Assembly (NCBI GenBank): GCA_046290465.1
Contig: JBKAGP010000001.1
Coordinates: forward strand, 5,920,001-5,984,000
From: Planctomycetota bacterium
GTDB lineage: Bacteria > Planctomycetota > UBA1135 > UBA2386
Length of the DNA: 64,000 bases
Reading direction: 5' to 3'
The notes beneath the pieces were generated by a model. It was not told the DNA's origin, searched no databases, and was given only the letters and a program-made list of their open reading frames with translations. Position 1 is the stretch's first letter, and the number at the start of each line of letters is the position of its first letter. Below are positions 28,246 through 37,592 of the stretch, in pieces. Made by a program: the position numbers and the translations under genes.

Positions 28246-29259
28246 ATGTTGCTCCGCCTGTTCCTGCTGCTGTCGCTTGCGCTGCTGGCCTGCTGCGAGC
28301 CGGAGCGGCGGCAGGTTCGATCGTTCTCGGGGCCGACGATGGGCTCGACCTACGAGGTCAAGTTCGTCGGCACGCGAAGGCAGGTCGGCGGCGTGCTCGA
28401 GGTCGTCGAGCAGGAGCTGGCCGCGTTCGACGCCGCGTTCAGCAACTGGAGGGACGACTCGGAGATCGTGCGCGTCAACGGGCACGCCAGCACCGAGCCG
28501 ATCGAGGTGAGCGACCGGTTCGCCGGCGTTCTGCAGCTGGCGCTGCGCCTCGCGGCGGCAACCGACGGAGCGTTCGACCCGACCCTGAAGCCGCTCAGCG
28601 ACGCCTACCGCGCCGCCAAGAAGGATCCGGCGCACGGCCTTGCCGACGACACCGTCGCGGCCGCGCGGGAACGCGTCGGCTACCGGATGATCTCGCTCGA
28701 AGGCCGTCGGCTGCGCAAGGCGCGCGCCGACGTGCAGCTGGACCTCGACGGTCTGGTCGCGGGAGCCGCTGCAGATGCGATCGCCGCGCGTCTGCGCGAC
28801 CGCGGCGTCGCGTCGTTCTATCTGCAGATCACCGGCGAGGTCTACTGCGCCGGCAGCAAGCCCGACGGCCAGCCGTGGCGCATCGGCGTGGTCGACCCGT
28901 CGTCGAGCGCGGGCGATCAGGCGGCGGTGGTCGCGTTGCCGCTGCGGGACGCGGCGCTATGCAGCAGCGGCGACTACCGCAACGCGACGATCGTCAACGG
29001 CAAGGTCGTGCACCACGTGTTCGACCCGCGCACCGGCAAGAACCCGGAGCACCGGGTGGTCAGCGCGTCGGTGCTGGCTTCGAGTTGCGCGGTCGCCGAC
29101 GCGCTCGGCACCGCGATCATGGTGCTCGGCGCCGACGCGACCCGGATCGCGTGGCCAAGGATGCAGGGGCTCGGTGCCGTCGGCGCGCTGCTGCTGCTGC
29201 CGGGAGACAACGACACATGGAACAAGGTGGAGATCGAATGGCCGTCCGAAGGCTCGTAG
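28246..29259 (+). CDS. apbE: FAD:protein FMN transferase (lipoprotein)
   Basis: GPTMGSTY, TDGAFDPT, SSGDYRN, HHVFDPRTG and ADALGT; follows nqrF. Confidence 0.93.
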   Translation: MLLRLFLLLSLALLACCEPERRQVRSFSGPTMGSTYEVKFVGTRRQVGGVLEVVEQELAAFDAAFSNWRDDSEIVRVNGHASTEPIEVSDRFAGVLQLALRLAAATDGAFDPTLKPLSDAYRAAKKDPAHGLADDTVAAARERVGYRMISLEGRRLRKARADVQLDLDGLVAGAAADAIAARLRDRGVASFYLQITGEVYCAGSKPDGQPWRIGVVDPSSSAGDQAAVVALPLRDAALCSSGDYRNATIVNGKVVHHVFDPRTGKNPEHRVVSASVLASSCAVADALGTAIMVLGADATRIAWPRMQGLGAVGALLLLPGDNDTWNKVEIEWPSEGS

Positions 29260-30149
29260 TCCCGTTCGCGATCTTGGCGCTGGGCGCGTGTCGTGCGCCC
29301 CTGCCCGAGGGCGCCGAGGCGCGCGCGCTCGACGGCCGCCTGCTGGCGCCGCCGGCGCTGCCGGCCGACGTCGATGCCGATCGTCAGGCGAAGCTGGCAG
29401 AGGCGCGGGTCGCGTTGCAGCGATCGCCGGACCAGCGCGACGCGTGGATCTGGGTCGGTCGCCGGCTCGGCTATCTGGGCCGCTACCGCGAGGCGATCGA
29501 CATCTTCGGCGAGGCGCTGCAGCGCTGGCCCGGGGATCCGTTCTTGCTGCGCCACCGCGGCCACCGCTACCTGAGCGTTCGCGAGTTCGGCTGTGCCGCC
29601 GACGACCTGTCGCGCGCCGCCGAGGCCTGCCGCAAGGTGCGCGACGAGGTCGAGCCGGACGGCCTGCCGGTGCCCGGCCGGCCGCCGCATTCGAGCCTGC
29701 ACTTCAACGTTCACTACCACCTCGGCCTGGTGCACTTTCTGCGCGGGGACTTCGTGCGTGCGCGGGACGCGTGGCTTTTGTGCCTGGCGTGCAGCGACGA
29801 CGACGAGTCGCGGGTCGCGGTGACGCACTGGCTGTGGTGTGCGCGCATGCGGTGCGGCGACCCCGCGGGTGCGGCGGCGACCGTGCAGGGCATCACCGGC
29901 GACATGGACATCGTCGAGAACACCGCCTACTGGCAGCTGTGCCTGCTCTACAAGGGCGAGCGCACGCGCGGCGAACTGACGGCCGGGGAGGGCAGTTCGG
30001 GCGCAGCGCTGCGCTTCGGCCTCGCCCACCACCAACTGCTCACCGGCGACCGCGATGCGGCCCGGGCCGCGCTCGAGCAACTCGCCGCCGACCCTGGCTG
30101 GGCCTCCTTCGGCGTGATCGCCGCCGAAGCCGAACTGCAGCGCCTGTAG
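29238..30149 (+). CDS. TPR-like helical-repeat lipoprotein
   Basis: Lipobox LGAC; GRRLGYLGRYREAIDIF and YHLGLVHFLRGDF resemble TPR helices; overlaps the end of apbE. Confidence 0.8.
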   Translation: MAVRRLVVPFAILALGACRAPLPEGAEARALDGRLLAPPALPADVDADRQAKLAEARVALQRSPDQRDAWIWVGRRLGYLGRYREAIDIFGEALQRWPGDPFLLRHRGHRYLSVREFGCAADDLSRAAEACRKVRDEVEPDGLPVPGRPPHSSLHFNVHYHLGLVHFLRGDFVRARDAWLLCLACSDDDESRVAVTHWLWCARMRCGDPAGAAATVQGITGDMDIVENTAYWQLCLLYKGERTRGELTAGEGSSGAALRFGLAHHQLLTGDRDAARAALEQLAADPGWASFGVIAAEAELQRL

Positions 30150-30180
30150 CTGCCCGTTCCGAGCCGCCTCTTCGCGAGCC

Positions 30181-30207
30181 TGGTTCCGCGACGAGACCTG
30201 TCCGACC
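30181..30207 (+). repeat. 27-bp dispersed intergenic repeat, copy A
   Basis: TGGTTCCGCGACGAGACCTGTCCGACC, 24/27 identical to 51438..51464. Confidence 0.7.
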
Positions 30208-30240
30208 GGACGTCCGGTCGCGCTGCCGGGGTTCGCGCGA

Positions 30241-30282
30241 CGGAAGTTGCAGGATGAACCGCGTACCGTACTGCAACTTCCG
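30241..30282. repeat. Perfect 12-bp hairpin enclosing a conserved 18-nt loop; degenerate copy at about 30317..30358
   Basis: CGGAAGTTGCAG-GATGAACCGCGTACCGTA-CTGCAACTTCCG. Confidence 0.8.
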
Positions 30283-30363
30283 TTGCGGGGCGCAGGCGGA
30301 ACGGCTCGGGGGTGGGCGGAAGTTGGAGGTTGAACCGCGTACCGTACGGCAACGTTGGGGGGA

Positions 30364-30406
30364 TAAAAAACGGGCCCCGGTGAGGCACCACCCCACACCG
30401 AGGCCC
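30364..30406 (-). terminator. Rho-independent terminator
   Basis: Minus strand GGGCCTCGGTG...CACCGGGGCCC followed by GTTTTTTAT. Confidence 0.8.
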
Positions 30407-30520
30407 ATCCCTGCCACTGGGCCCACGCCCAGGCGTTTCTTTCCACCGGTCGCGTAGGAGCACACCCCGTGCCGGTGAGCTTTGCGATTGCGAGTTCTTT
30501 GGTGGGTTGGTGTAAGTCGC
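30364..30520 (-). ncRNA. Candidate structured small RNA or long mazG 3' UTR
   Basis: A/C-rich leader followed by three consecutive hairpins ending in a U-tract; no credible ORF; family not recognised. Confidence 0.35.
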
Positions 30521-30656
30521 TGTGTCGAAGGTGGATGCGGTGTCGCGTGGATGTCCCGGTGCGGGCGGTGGGCCGCAGCCGTCGGAAACCTGACGGCATC
30601 CCGACACGGGTCGCCGACGATCCGTCGAGGAGCCGACGGCAGGGTGGCGCAGGACG

Positions 30657-31439
30657 TTACGGCTGCTCGGAAGCCTTGGCGCGCTGCCAAGCCGCCTCCA
30701 GCTCATCCAGGCTGCGTCCGCGCAGCTCGTAGTCGAACGTGCGCTCGACCGCAGCGAAGCGCCGCTGGAACTTGTCGGCGGTGTTGGCCAGCGCGGTCTC
30801 GGGGTTCACGCCGAGGTGGCGCGCCAGGTTGCAGACGCTGAACAGCACGTCGCCCAGTTCGTCGGCGATCGCCGCGGCGTCGCCGGCCTCGATCGCCTCG
30901 TCCAGCTCGCCGACCTCCTCGTCGAGCTTCTGGCGCGGGCCCGCGCGGTCCGGCCAGTCGAAGCCGACCTTGGCCGCCTTCTGCCCGACCCGGTAGGCGC
31001 GCAGCAGCGCCGGCAGCGCCGACGGCACCCCGGACAGCACGCTGCGGTCGACGCCCTTGTCGGCCTTCTCCCGCTGCTTCTGCCGCTCCCACGTCTCGAG
31101 CGCAACTTCGGCGCTGTCGGCCTGCTGGTTGCCGAACACGTGCGGGTGGCGCCGCACCAGCTTGTCGGCGGCAGCGCCCGCGACCTCGTCGACGCCGAAG
31201 CTGCCGTGTTCGCTGGCGATCTGGCCGACCATCGCGACGTTGACCAGCACGTCGCCTAGCTCCTCCTTCGCCTCGTCGGTCGCGTCACGACGCAGCGCGT
31301 CCGCGGCTTCGAACGCCTCCTCGAGCAGGCACGGGGCCATGCTCGCGGTGGTCTGCTTCCGGTCCCACGGGCAGCCGTCGGGTGCGCGCAGGCGGGCGAT
31401 CGTCGCGAGCAGGTGAGAGATCCCCGGCAGGTCGGCCAT
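30657..31439 (-). CDS. mazG: Nucleoside triphosphate pyrophosphohydrolase MazG
   Basis: LRAPDGCPWDRKQT, EELGDVL, KLVRRHPHVF, KAAKVGFDW and ELGDVLFS motifs. Confidence 0.95.
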   Translation of the reverse strand: MADLPGISHLLATIARLRAPDGCPWDRKQTTASMAPCLLEEAFEAADALRRDATDEAKEELGDVLVNVAMVGQIASEHGSFGVDEVAGAAADKLVRRHPHVFGNQQADSAEVALETWERQKQREKADKGVDRSVLSGVPSALPALLRAYRVGQKAAKVGFDWPDRAGPRQKLDEEVGELDEAIEAGDAAAIADELGDVLFSVCNLARHLGVNPETALANTADKFQRRFAAVERTFDYELRGRSLDELEAAWQRAKASEQP

Positions 31440-31591
31440 GTGCACAACCTTAGGGCTACGGCACGGATGCCACGAAACGGTTTCGGTGTGGGGGCCGCAT
31501 GTCCTATCGTCGCCGATCGCACGTGCTTCTCGACGGTCGCCCGACCGACGGGGCCGTGCATCCATTACCCGAACGACCCCAACTGCGAATC

Positions 31592-32194
31592 ATGGCACTG
31601 CAACTTCCCGAACTGCCCTACTCGAAGGACGCGCTCGCGCCGCACATCAACCAGCAGACGCTGGAGATCCACCACGGCAAGCACCACAACGCCTACGTCG
31701 TCAACGGCAACAAGCTGATCGACGGCACCGAGTACGCCGACATGTCGACCGAGGACATCATCAAGGCGACGGCGGGCAAGGCCGACAAGGCCGGCGTCTT
31801 CAACAACGCCGCGCAGGTCTGGAACCACACGTTCTACTGGCACTCGATGAAGCCGGGCGGCGGCGGCAAGCCGACGGGCGCGATCGCCGAAAAGATCGAC
31901 AGCGACCTCGGCGGCTACGACAAGTTCGTCGAGCTGTTCAGCCAGGCCGGCGCGACCCAGTTCGGCAGCGGCTGGGCGTGGCTCGTGCTCGAGAACGGCA
32001 AGCTGGCGGTCAAGAAGACCCCGAACGCCGAGACCCCGATCACGCAGGACGGCGTCACGCCGCTGCTGACCATGGACGTCTGGGAGCACGCCTACTACCT
32101 CGACTTCCAGAACCGCCGTCCCGACTACATCAAGACGTTCCTCGCGAGCCTGGTGAACTGGGACTTCGCCAACGAGAACCTGGCGAAGGCGTAG
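31592..32194 (+). CDS. sodB: Superoxide dismutase, Fe-type signature
   Basis: HHGKHH, FNNAAQVWNHTFYW, FGSGWAWL and DVWEHAYY motifs. Confidence 0.95.
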   Translation: MALQLPELPYSKDALAPHINQQTLEIHHGKHHNAYVVNGNKLIDGTEYADMSTEDIIKATAGKADKAGVFNNAAQVWNHTFYWHSMKPGGGGKPTGAIAEKIDSDLGGYDKFVELFSQAGATQFGSGWAWLVLENGKLAVKKTPNAETPITQDGVTPLLTMDVWEHAYYLDFQNRRPDYIKTFLASLVNWDFANENLAKA

Positions 32195-32205
32195 GCCTTC
32201 GCCAG
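32180..32205. terminator. 11-bp perfect hairpin with the sodB stop codon in its loop
   Basis: CTGGCGAAGGC-GTAG-GCCTTCGCCAG; no U-tract. Confidence 0.45.
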
Positions 32206-32232
32206 CCGCCGCTCCGCCGCTCTCCTCACCTC

Positions 32233-32610
32233 GTGACGTCCAACCGTCGCCGCAAGCAGAAGGCCCAGTCGATGGGCCTCACCGAAGCCGAGCTGCAGCT
32301 CACCGAGCTGCTCGGCCAGGTTCTGGAGCTGCTGCGTTGGAACCAGGTGCTCGGCTACAGCAACCAGTACCTGCTGCACGAGAAGCTCGGCCTGACGGCC
32401 GAAGAACGGCACCGCGTGATGAAGGCCGCGGCCGGCGCGGTCGAGGCCGACGGCCGCATGCAGGACTGGGGCCAGCGGCTGCTGGAGATCCAGGAGTCGC
32501 TGACCGCGATCCACGAACGCATGACCGGCGAGCGCCTCGAGAAGCCGTCCGCGCCGGGCCAGGAGCGGGGCGACGACGACGCCGGCGCCGCCGAGGCGGC
32601 GCATGGCTGA
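32233..32610 (+). CDS. Hypothetical helical protein (start 32233 GTG or 32272 ATG)
   Basis: High-GC3 codon usage; overlaps the start of the next gene. Confidence 0.7.
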   Translation: MTSNRRRKQKAQSMGLTEAELQLTELLGQVLELLRWNQVLGYSNQYLLHEKLGLTAEERHRVMKAAAGAVEADGRMQDWGQRLLEIQESLTAIHERMTGERLEKPSAPGQERGDDDAGAAEAAHG

Positions 32611-33436
32611 GCAGCCGCGCACGCCGATCAGCGGCTGCGTGATCTGCTACCAGGAGGCCGACCGCATCGCCGACTGCCTGCGCTCGCTGTCGTTCTGCGA
32701 CGAGGTCGTGGTGGTCGACAGCGGCAGCACCGACGGCACCCAGGCGATCGTCGAGCAGCTCGGGGCACGGCTGATCACCAACACGCCGTTCCCCGGCCAC
32801 AAGCAGCAGAAGCAGTTCGCCGTCGAGCAGGCGCGCCACGACGTCGTGTTCTGCCTCGACGCCGACGAACGGTGTACGCCCGAGCTCGCTGCGCGCATCG
32901 CCGAACTGCAGTGCGACGGCCGGCAGGGCCCCGGCCAGCAGGACGACGGCCAGCAGGGCGACGGTCTGCCATGCGACGGCTACGAGACGCCGCGCCACAA
33001 CCACTACCTCGGTCGCATCCTGCGCCACGGCCTGCACGTGCCCGACCGCAAGCTGCGGCTGTTCGATCGGCGCCAGGGGCGGTGGGGCGGCCGCAATCCG
33101 CACGACCACGTCGAGATGCAGGCCGGCGCGCGCATCGCGCGCCTGGCCGAAGGCATCGAGCACCTCAGCTACCGCGACTTCGCGCACCACCAGCGCACGA
33201 TCGACTCGTTCACGCGGATCTCGGCCGAGGCGATGGCCGCCGAGGGCCGGCGCGGCACGCCGATCGACCTGCTGGTCCGGCCGCCAGCGGTGTTCGTCAA
33301 GAGCCTGCTGCTCAAGCTCGGCTTCCTCGACGGCTGGCGCGGCTTCGTGGTCGCGGCGATGGCCGCCTACACCGACTGGAAGAAGTATTGGCGTCTGCTC
33401 CGGCAGCCGCGGCGCGCGCCCGAGGAGGCGAAGTGA
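32603..33436 (+). CDS. GT2 glycosyltransferase (KdtX/WaaE-like)
   Basis: VVVDSGSTDGT, CLDADE and GFLDGWRG motifs. Confidence 0.9.
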   Translation: MAEQPRTPISGCVICYQEADRIADCLRSLSFCDEVVVVDSGSTDGTQAIVEQLGARLITNTPFPGHKQQKQFAVEQARHDVVFCLDADERCTPELAARIAELQCDGRQGPGQQDDGQQGDGLPCDGYETPRHNHYLGRILRHGLHVPDRKLRLFDRRQGRWGGRNPHDHVEMQAGARIARLAEGIEHLSYRDFAHHQRTIDSFTRISAEAMAAEGRRGTPIDLLVRPPAVFVKSLLLKLGFLDGWRGFVVAAMAAYTDWKKYWRLLRQPRRAPEEAK

Positions 33437-34590
33437 ACGCGCCGCGCGTGCTGCACCTGTTCGCCAACTACAAGTGGACCGGCCCGGCCGATCCGGCGAT
33501 CCGTTCGGCGGCGCGGCTGCGCGCGCTCGGCGTCGACGTGCGGTTCGCGCAGGGCAGCTTCGTGCACCCGGGCGGCGAGCATCGCGTCGCCGAGGAGCTG
33601 TGGCGCTGGCGGCTGCCGGTCGTCACCGGCATGGAGCTGCGAAAGCACTTCCACGTTCCGTCGCTGCTGCGGGACATCCGCGCGCTGCGCCGTCTGGTCC
33701 GGCGCGACGGCTACGACGTGCTGCACTGCCACCAGACCGCCGACCACCTGATCGCGGCGATGGCGTGCCGTCGGCTGGCGCGCAAGCCGGTGATCGTGCG
33801 CAGCCTCTACGATCCCGAGGCGCCCAGGCGCGGCTGGCGCGAACGCGCCGCGTTCAAGCGCACGCAGGCGGTGTTCGCGCCGACGATGCAGGCACAGGAA
33901 GGCGTGCGGCGTCGGTTCGCGATCCGCGGCGAACGGGTGTTGCTGCAAGAGCCGGTGACCGAGCCGCGCCGGCTCGACGGCGCCGACGCGCGCTCGCGCT
34001 TCGGGCTGGCCGATGAGCACCTGGCGGTCGGCATCACCGCGCGCATCCAGCCACACCGCCGCTTCGAGCTGCTGTGGCAGGTCGTCGCGCGCGTCGCCGC
34101 CGAACGTCCGAACGTGCGCTTCGTGCTGCTCGGGCGCGGCAATGAGCACGACACGCGCGAACTGGTCACCGAGCCGGTCGCGCGCGCGGGCATCGGCCAG
34201 CACGTGATCCTGCCCGGCTACCAGAAGGGGCCGGCCTACGACGAGGCGCTGCGCGCGCTCGATGCGTTCTTGTTCCTGGTGCCGGGCAGCGACGGCACCT
34301 GCCGGGCGGTCTGCGACGCGATGGCGTTCGGGCTGCCGGTGGTGTCGACGCGGCGCGGCATCCTGCCGGAGCTGCTGGCCGAACGGCGGCGCGGCGAGGT
34401 GCCGGGCTTCGCGGTCGACGAGACGCCCGACGCGCTCGGCGGCGCGCTGCTGCAGTTGCTCGGCGACGACGACCTGCGCGCGCGGACCGGCGACGCTGCG
34501 CTCCGGCGCACCCGGCTGGACATGGACCCGCACGCGGCGGCGCGTCGCATGCGCGACCTGTACGACGCTCTGCTGCGGGAGCGCCGATGA
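33433..34590 (+). CDS. GT4 (GT-B) glycosyltransferase
   Basis: DVLHCH and DAMAFGLPVVSTRRG; GTG overlaps the upstream stop. Confidence 0.85.
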   Translation: MNAPRVLHLFANYKWTGPADPAIRSAARLRALGVDVRFAQGSFVHPGGEHRVAEELWRWRLPVVTGMELRKHFHVPSLLRDIRALRRLVRRDGYDVLHCHQTADHLIAAMACRRLARKPVIVRSLYDPEAPRRGWRERAAFKRTQAVFAPTMQAQEGVRRRFAIRGERVLLQEPVTEPRRLDGADARSRFGLADEHLAVGITARIQPHRRFELLWQVVARVAAERPNVRFVLLGRGNEHDTRELVTEPVARAGIGQHVILPGYQKGPAYDEALRALDAFLFLVPGSDGTCRAVCDAMAFGLPVVSTRRGILPELLAERRRGEVPGFAVDETPDALGGALLQLLGDDDLRARTGDAALRRTRLDMDPHAAARRMRDLYDALLRERR

Positions 34591-35639
34591 GCGCGGCGCT
34601 GGAGCCGCGGGATCGCCAGGTGGTCGACCGGTGGTTCGAGGCGTTCGTGCGCGACGGCCGCGTGCCCGACGAACTGACCCACGTGCAGGGCCGCCTGATC
34701 CGCGCGGTGCACCGCGCCGCGCTGCCCTCGGGCGAGGTGTTCGTCAAGACGATGACGTTCCCGCGCGCCAAGGACCGGCTCCGCTACGCGTTCCGCGCGC
34801 TGCCGGCCGCGCACGAGGCTTGGATGCTGCGGGCGACGGCGATGGCCGGCATCCCGTGCCCCGAGGTCGTCGCCGTGCGCACGCGGCGGCGCCTCGGGTT
34901 GCCGCATCGCTCGATGCTGGTGGTGCGGGCGCTCGACGTGGCCGGCGATCCCGAGCCGGCCGAGCGGCGCGCGCCGGACGAGGTCCGGCTGGCGATGCGC
35001 CTGCTGCAGGCCGGCATCCGGCACCGCGACCTGCACGGCGAGAACTTCGTGCGGCTGCGCTCGGGCGCGCTCGCCGTGCTCGACCTGCAGTCGGTTTCGA
35101 TTTCCGGAGCCGAACGGCAACCCGTTGCCGAGGTCCGGCTTGCGACTGCGTCGCGACTCCTGCGGGATCGGCATGGTGCGGCGCACGCCGCCGCGCTGGC
35201 GGCCATGCGCGACTGTGGAATGTTGTGCTCGGACGCCGAGCTCACGTCGGTGGCAGCCCGTATCGAAGCGGAGCGCGCCCGCTATGAACGTTCGCGTATC
35301 CGGCGCTGTATGCAGACCAGCACCCAGTTCGAGCGCAGCGTGCATTGGAGCGGCGTGCGCCACCGGCTGCGCGACGCCGCGCCCGACGGCCGCTGGATCC
35401 GCGGTGGCGCGGAGTTGCGCGACGCGTGGATCGGCCAGCGCGTGCGCCAGCTGCGCGAGGGCGCGCCGTTACCGTTTGGGGCATTCTTCCAAAAGTGGTG
35501 GTGGCTCGGCGGTGGTGCCGCCCTGTATGTTCCGCGGGCGTGCAGCGACGAACGGATCGAAGCCGAGGTGAGGACAGCATCTGCGGCGACCCGTGGTCCT
35601 TCGCCCGAACGTCCTGCGCAATCCGGACGGTCAGAATAG
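34587..35639 (+). CDS. LPS kinase (Kdo/WaaP)-like protein
   Basis: VFVK, HEAWML, AGIPCP, HRDLHGEN and VLDL kinase motifs; glycosyltransferase operon context. Confidence 0.75.
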   Translation: MSAALEPRDRQVVDRWFEAFVRDGRVPDELTHVQGRLIRAVHRAALPSGEVFVKTMTFPRAKDRLRYAFRALPAAHEAWMLRATAMAGIPCPEVVAVRTRRRLGLPHRSMLVVRALDVAGDPEPAERRAPDEVRLAMRLLQAGIRHRDLHGENFVRLRSGALAVLDLQSVSISGAERQPVAEVRLATASRLLRDRHGAAHAAALAAMRDCGMLCSDAELTSVAARIEAERARYERSRIRRCMQTSTQFERSVHWSGVRHRLRDAAPDGRWIRGGAELRDAWIGQRVRQLREGAPLPFGAFFQKWWWLGGGAALYVPRACSDERIEAEVRTASAATRGPSPERPAQSGRSE

Positions 35640-35676
35640 GCGCTCGGCTCTCACACGGTCGAACAAGGGAGGAGTG

Positions 35677-36852
35677 GTGACGAACGACGAACACGCTTCG
35701 CGGTCCGGGAGAGGGGCTGAGGACGCGGACGCCGCCGACGCGCAGAAAGACGAGCCGATCGTCAAGCTGCCGGCAGTAGCTCCGATCGGAATGTCCGACT
35801 CCCTCGATGGCAGGTCCCGCCTGGGGCCGGCGCGCCGCGTGCTCTTCATCGGCAAGAGCATGTCGCGCACCCGCTGCACCGGTGCGCTGGTCGACTCGCT
35901 CCGTCGCCATGGCGTCGAGGTGCGCTGGCGCAACCTCGTGACCTGGCGCCGCTGGTTCGGCACGCAGATCGCCAACCGGCTCGCCCGAGCCGAGTTCCGC
36001 ACCTACAAGCCCGACGTCGTGTTCGTGTTCTTCCGCGACCTGCCGCTGGCGCTGACGTCGGAGTTCCGGCGCACGGCGCGCATCGTGGTCTGGTGCGAGG
36101 AGGCGCTCGAGGTGATGGACTCGTCCGTCATCGACTACTTCCGCCAGGCCGACCTGGTCTGCATGAGCAACCCGGCCCGGTTCCCGTGGCTGCGTGAGCA
36201 CGGCCTTGAGAACATGACGTTCTTGATGAGCGGCTTCTCGCCGCGCTACCACCGGCCGCTGCCGTCGCAGCAGCACACGCGCGACGTCGCGTTCATCGGT
36301 GGTCCGGGCCGGCGCGGCCAGCGCGCCTCGTTCCTCGCGAGGATCGCCAAGGAGTTCGACACCGACGTCTACGGCCGTCACTGGGATCGATGGAGCGGCG
36401 CGCACAAGCACCTGCGCGTGAACAGCCAGATCAACAACAAGACCTACGCCAAGATCTGCGCGACGTCGCGCATCGTGCTCGGCGTCAACGAGGTCAACGA
36501 CGACGCCTACTACTGCAGCAACCGCACGTTCCTGACGATGGCGTGCGGCGCGTTCCACCTGACGCACTACGTGCCGCAGCTCGAGAACGTGTTCGCCGAC
36601 GGCGAGCACCTGGTGTGGTATCGCGACGAGGACGAGGCGCTCGAGATGATCGCCGAGTGGCTGCCCAAGGCCGACGAACGCGCGCGCGTCGCCGCCGGCG
36701 GCCATGCCGAGGTGATGCTGCACCACCAGTACTACCATCGCGTCGCGCGCATCCTGCATTGGCTCGAGCACGGCCTGCCGCGCGAGGACCAGCAGCTGCT
36801 GCCGACCGAGGCGCTGTCGACACCGATGTCCGCCGAGCGCGCCGACGCGTGA
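35677..36852 (+). CDS. CgeB-like glycosyltransferase (Glyco_trans_1_2)
   Basis: DVAFIG, VYGRHW and SNRTFLTMACGAFHLT; AGGGAGGAG RBS upstream. Confidence 0.85.
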   Translation: MTNDEHASRSGRGAEDADAADAQKDEPIVKLPAVAPIGMSDSLDGRSRLGPARRVLFIGKSMSRTRCTGALVDSLRRHGVEVRWRNLVTWRRWFGTQIANRLARAEFRTYKPDVVFVFFRDLPLALTSEFRRTARIVVWCEEALEVMDSSVIDYFRQADLVCMSNPARFPWLREHGLENMTFLMSGFSPRYHRPLPSQQHTRDVAFIGGPGRRGQRASFLARIAKEFDTDVYGRHWDRWSGAHKHLRVNSQINNKTYAKICATSRIVLGVNEVNDDAYYCSNRTFLTMACGAFHLTHYVPQLENVFADGEHLVWYRDEDEALEMIAEWLPKADERARVAAGGHAEVMLHHQYYHRVARILHWLEHGLPREDQQLLPTEALSTPMSAERADA

Positions 36853-37523
36853 GGCCGACCGGCCAGGCAGGCCGGCCATCGGCCGGTTGGCCTTCGATCC
36901 GTCGACGCTCCATCGGTCAGGGTTGGGCCGGTCGGTGCTGGGCCGGTCCGTGTTGGGCCGGTCGGTGTCGGGCCGGCAGGTGTGCAACCAGTCGGCGCGC
37001 GGCCAGTCCGCCCGCCGCAGGCCTGCCGCTCGCCGCAGCACTGCTGCTCGCCGCCTGCGCCGCAGCGCCGGAGCCGCCGGTTTCCGGCGCGCCCGAGCCG
37101 GCGACGTTCGAGGACTTCGTCGGCGACTGGCGCGGTTCGATGCAGATCGCCGGTGGTCGCACCGTGGCGATGTCGCTCGAGGTCGCCCCGGTCAGCGGCG
37201 ACCCGCAGCGGTTCCACTGGCGCCTGCAGTACGAAGGCCAGCCGGTGCGCGACTACACGCTGGTGGTCCGCGATCGCGCGCGCGGCGAGGCGGCCGTCGA
37301 CGAGCACAACGGCATCGTGCTGCCGACGCTGCTGCGCGGCCGCGAGCTGGTCTCGGTGTTCGAGGTGCAGGGCAGCGTGATCGACGTGCGCTACCGGCTC
37401 GAACCGGCCGGGCTCGTGTTCGCGCTCGAGTCCTACCGGCCGGCCGCGGCCGAACCCGCGGGCGAGGGCGTGCGCGCGTGGCCGCAGCTGGCGGTCCAGC
37501 GCGGCCTGCTGACCCGCAGGTAG
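36849..37523 (+). CDS. Hypothetical lipoprotein (start uncertain)
   Basis: LLLAAC lipobox followed by a beta-rich domain (FVGDWRG...DEHNGIVL); GTG at 36849 overlaps the upstream stop. Confidence 0.65.
   Translation: MRPTGQAGRPSAGWPSIRRRSIGQGWAGRCWAGPCWAGRCRAGRCATSRRAASPPAAGLPLAAALLLAACAAAPEPPVSGAPEPATFEDFVGDWRGSMQIAGGRTVAMSLEVAPVSGDPQRFHWRLQYEGQPVRDYTLVVRDRARGEAAVDEHNGIVLPTLLRGRELVSVFEVQGSVIDVRYRLEPAGLVFALESYRPAAAEPAGEGVRAWPQLAVQRGLLTRR
36922..36983. repeat. Four degenerate 15-bp tandem units (GTTGGGCCGGTCGGT-like)
   Basis: Read directly from the sequence. Confidence 0.8.
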
Positions 37524-37592
37524 GTCCGGAATGCGTCCCGGCGGGCCTTCGGGCCTCGCCAGCCCGGCGGCACGTTCGTAGCATGTGCCGCC

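Noticed and set aside
30241..30358. Integron attC sites
   Set aside because: No clear RYYYAAC/GTTRRRY pairing with extrahelical bases, no cassette array and no integrase.
30440..30500. c-di-GMP-I riboswitch (GCAAAGC on the minus strand), or SRP/6S/tmRNA
   Set aside because: The other conserved elements are missing and no gene lies downstream in that orientation.
30657..31439. mazG or kptA as part of an anti-phage or toxin-antitoxin system
   Set aside because: Both are ordinary full-length housekeeping types with no defence genes nearby.
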